From: Chitinophaga pinensis
GTDB lineage: Bacteria > Bacteroidota > Bacteroidia > Flavobacteriales_D > Crocinitomicaceae
Reading direction: 5' to 3'
Assembly: GCA_945883825.1 (NCBI GenBank)
Contig: CAMCYF010000008.1
Span: forward strand, 15,190 to 79,189
Length of the DNA: 64,000 nucleotides
The notes below the pieces were generated by a model that saw only the letters and a program-made list of their open reading frames with translations, was not told the origin of the DNA and searched no databases. The translations under genes and the position numbers were made by a program. Positions 61,744 through 64,000 of this stretch are shown here, in pieces. Position 1 is the stretch's first letter, and each line of letters begins with the position of its first letter.

Positions 61744-62835
61744 ATGAAAATTAGTTTTCTATTAGTTCTATTTATTTTACTAAATGCTACTATAAATTCT
61801 CAAGATTTGTTGGAGCAAAAAGAAATTGAATTGAATGAGAAATTACTTCAACTTCGTGCAGCAAAGACAGACGAAGAAATGAATCGTTTAAATCTAACCT
61901 TCAAATCTGAAATGGCTTCATTTTTAAAAATTGAAGGAGTTTTTAAGTATCAATTTAAGCATTTAAAATCTATAGCTATTATTGATAGTCCAGATGAAAG
62001 TCTCCGAATTATAAATTGGAATATTGAATATACTGATTTTAGTTATTCTTATTGTGCTTTTGTTCTTCGCTGGGATTCAGAAAAAGATATTGTACGTGTA
62101 ACAGAATTAGTTGACAATTTAGATCCCTACATGGCAAAACCTGAGGGTATAATTGATGCAAAAAATTGGTATGGTGCACTTTATTATAAAATTCTTCCAT
62201 TCGAACGGAACTCAAGAACAGAATACCTTTTAATGGGTTGGGATGGTGGAACGACAGTAAGTAATTTTAAATTGTTAGATGTACTAACTTTTAATGGAAG
62301 TAATTTAAAGCTTGGAAGTCCCGTTTTTAAGGAAAATAAAACTATAAAAAAACGCATAGCATTCGAATATGCAGATAAATCAAGTATGTCTCTTCGTTTT
62401 GACGAAAAATACAAGCGCATCGTTTTTGATCATCTCTCTCCAGAGGCGCCAGGATTAGCAGGTGTTTATTCTTTTTATGTTCCAGATATGTCTTATGATT
62501 CATACTCCTATGATGATGAAATGTGGATTCTTAAGGAGGATGTAATTGCAATCAATGAGGAGAATAAAGACAAAATGCAGCAAATTTATATTATCGGTAA
62601 GGATGGCAACGCAGAAAAAAAACAAATTAAAAATACATGGTTAAACCCAAATACAGAATCAAATTCTAGTGCGATTAATCATGTTGCAAGAACACCTGAA
62701 AGCGAAGAAATTGAAGAAGAAATTGAAGAAGATAAATTACCTAAACAAAAAAGCATAAAGAAAAAAGACGACCCAAACGGAATGCCGGTAACTATGGGTA
62801 AATACAAAAACAAAAGAAAGAAAAAGAATAACTAA
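61744..62835 (+). CDS. Hypothetical secreted protein with a K/E-rich C-terminal tail
   Basis: 363 aa. Signal peptide MKISFLLVLFILLNATINSQ and a charged low-complexity C-terminus (EEIEEEIEEDKLPKQKSIKKK...KRKKKNN). No family recognised. Confidence 0.6.
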   Translation: MKISFLLVLFILLNATINSQDLLEQKEIELNEKLLQLRAAKTDEEMNRLNLTFKSEMASFLKIEGVFKYQFKHLKSIAIIDSPDESLRIINWNIEYTDFSYSYCAFVLRWDSEKDIVRVTELVDNLDPYMAKPEGIIDAKNWYGALYYKILPFERNSRTEYLLMGWDGGTTVSNFKLLDVLTFNGSNLKLGSPVFKENKTIKKRIAFEYADKSSMSLRFDEKYKRIVFDHLSPEAPGLAGVYSFYVPDMSYDSYSYDDEMWILKEDVIAINEENKDKMQQIYIIGKDGNAEKKQIKNTWLNPNTESNSSAINHVARTPESEEIEEEIEEDKLPKQKSIKKKDDPNGMPVTMGKYKNKRKKKNN

Positions 62836-63657
62836 ATGCAACTAGGAAGAATTAACCGTTTGACAATAAACAGAATTACTCCTCCTGGAGCATATTTGGA
62901 AGATATCCTAGAAAATGAGGTTTTATTACCAAAAAAATACTTGCTTCCTGAAAATGAAATCGGTACTGAAGTAGATGTTTTTGTTCACAAAGATTCCGAA
63001 AATAGAATTGTCGCAACCACTGAAACACCTTTTATTCTCTTGGGCGATTTTAGGTATTTGACGGTGATTCATGTAAATCCTTATGGTGCTTTTGTTGATT
63101 GGGGCTTAGATAAAGATTTATTGGTCCCTTTTGGTGAACAACTTCATTCCCTAGAAGAAGGAGAAAAATACCTCTTTACTTTGCGCTATGATCAAGCGAC
63201 AGATCGTTTATTTGGTTCTATGAAAGTTAAAAAACTTTTAGTGCCGTGTAGCGAAGATTTAAGTGGGCAGGAAGTAGATCTTTTAATTTGCGAACAAAGT
63301 TCTTTAGGTTTAAATGTCATCGTTAACAATAAATACGACGGTCTTATTTTTAAAAATAATATTTCAAAACTTTTACCTTGTGGAACATTCACAAAAGGAT
63401 TTGTGAGAACGGTTCGTGAAGATGGAAAATTAGACATTCAATTTGAACCATTAACATTTGAGAAATTTGATCAAGCAAGTGAGTATTTACTAGAATGCTT
63501 GAAAGCAGAAACGATTTTATACCTTCATGATCGTTCTCATCCAGATGAGATTAGAGAAAAACTTGGCATGAGCAAAAAATTATTTAAACAAGCTGTCGGA
63601 AAATTATACCGCTTAAAGAAAATCACACTTGGTGAAGATTGCATTCGTCTGGTCTAA
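62836..63657 (+). CDS. S1-like RNA-binding domain protein (CvfB/YitL family)
   Basis: 273 aa. Repeated S1-like OB segments (...GAYLED..., ...GAFVDWGLDKDLLVP...) and a C-terminal winged-helix-like region. The start abuts the stop of the preceding gene. Confidence 0.75.
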   Translation: MQLGRINRLTINRITPPGAYLEDILENEVLLPKKYLLPENEIGTEVDVFVHKDSENRIVATTETPFILLGDFRYLTVIHVNPYGAFVDWGLDKDLLVPFGEQLHSLEEGEKYLFTLRYDQATDRLFGSMKVKKLLVPCSEDLSGQEVDLLICEQSSLGLNVIVNNKYDGLIFKNNISKLLPCGTFTKGFVRTVREDGKLDIQFEPLTFEKFDQASEYLLECLKAETILYLHDRSHPDEIREKLGMSKKLFKQAVGKLYRLKKITLGEDCIRLV

Positions 63658-63697
63658 AATGATTTTCAAAACACTTTAATTTTTACAATAAGTTTCC

Positions 63698-63705
63698 TAT
63701 TTTTG
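63698..63705 (+). promoter_or_regulatory. -7 box TAttTTTG upstream of the last (partial) gene
   Basis: Exact TAnnTTTG match ending 14 nt before ATG 63720. Confidence 0.4.
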
Positions 63706-63719
63706 ATAAAAAAAACATT

Positions 63720-64000
63720 ATGAAAATACAAATTTGCCTTTTAACAAGTATTCTTTTATTTTCTTGTTCGGAAAAAAAAGATGATTCTGGAAAATCAGAC
63801 GGTTCCGGAAAAACAGATTATTCTTCTACTATTATTGCTGAAGATCCAACAGAAGAAGAATTAAAAAAAGAACTTTCTGAAAGTGAATTAGAAAAGATTT
63901 CAAATGTCACAAGCATGAGTTTTGATAAAACAGTACACGATTACGGAAAAGTAATTGTAGATACAGATAACAAAGCTTTTTTTACAGTAACCAATACAGG
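63720..64000 (+). CDS. Lipoprotein, probable DUF1573-type (partial; runs off the right edge)
   Basis: ATG 63720 encodes MKIQICLLTSILLFSCSEKKDD... (lipobox LFSC). It is followed by ...MSFDKTVHDYGKVIVDTDNKAFFTVTNTG, which resembles the start of a DUF1573 domain. Confidence 0.6.
   Translation, partial: MKIQICLLTSILLFSCSEKKDDSGKSDGSGKTDYSSTIIAEDPTEEELKKELSESELEKISNVTSMSFDKTVHDYGKVIVDTDNKAFFTVTNT

Overview
This window is a low-GC, gene-dense chromosomal core segment of a Bacteroidota genome. It looks Flavobacteriia-like: a gldE-gldD gliding-motility pair, TAnnTTTG-type -7 promoter boxes, and no tuf between fusA and rpsJ. From left to right it contains:
- groES-groEL (groEL truncated by the window edge).
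- A tightly packed minus-strand operon miaB / sigma-54 activator / lptE-like / unknown / secG.
- topA-ssb-gldE-gldD-folK.
- An OmpA/TPR lipoprotein gene, clpP-clpX and pdhB.
- An uninterrupted 33-gene translation cluster running rpsL-rpsG-fusA-rpsJ through secY-infA-rpmJ-rpsM-rpsK-rpsD-rpoA-rplQ (15837..32996).
- carA-eno and a Nudix hydrolase gene.
- An AlkB-type alkane hydroxylase gene next to hbd.
- A six-gene surface-polysaccharide locus (38.1-43.9 kb).
- comM, tRNA-His, and a minus-strand operon TonB-dependent receptor / DUF1015 / yggS / cdd / unknown.
- An outer-membrane protein gene, a Nif3 plus zinc-ribbon pair, and a 1451-aa dnaE with a fused N-terminal proofreading exonuclease domain.
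- A class IV aminotransferase gene, a rhomboid protease gene, rpe, and three further genes.

I saw no CRISPR array, transposase, integrase, prophage or recognisable defence or toxin system, and I cannot point to a convincing new multi-gene system. The observations most worth follow-up are:
1. A recombination scar in the polysaccharide locus, where a diverged duplicate of the wzy-like gene 5' end and stubs of other genes flank a GT4 gene.
2. The exonuclease-DnaE fusion.
3. A long tandem-repeat acidic tail on ribosomal protein L17.
4. folK lacking any canonical start codon.
5. A tRNA-His with two adjacent acceptor-stem mismatches.
6. A recurring extended promoter motif TAnCTTTGCACCC, including one directly in front of secY, with several genes positioned so close to -7 boxes that their mRNAs should be nearly leaderless.

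All calls come from reading the sequence and ORF translations by eye. No database search was run.
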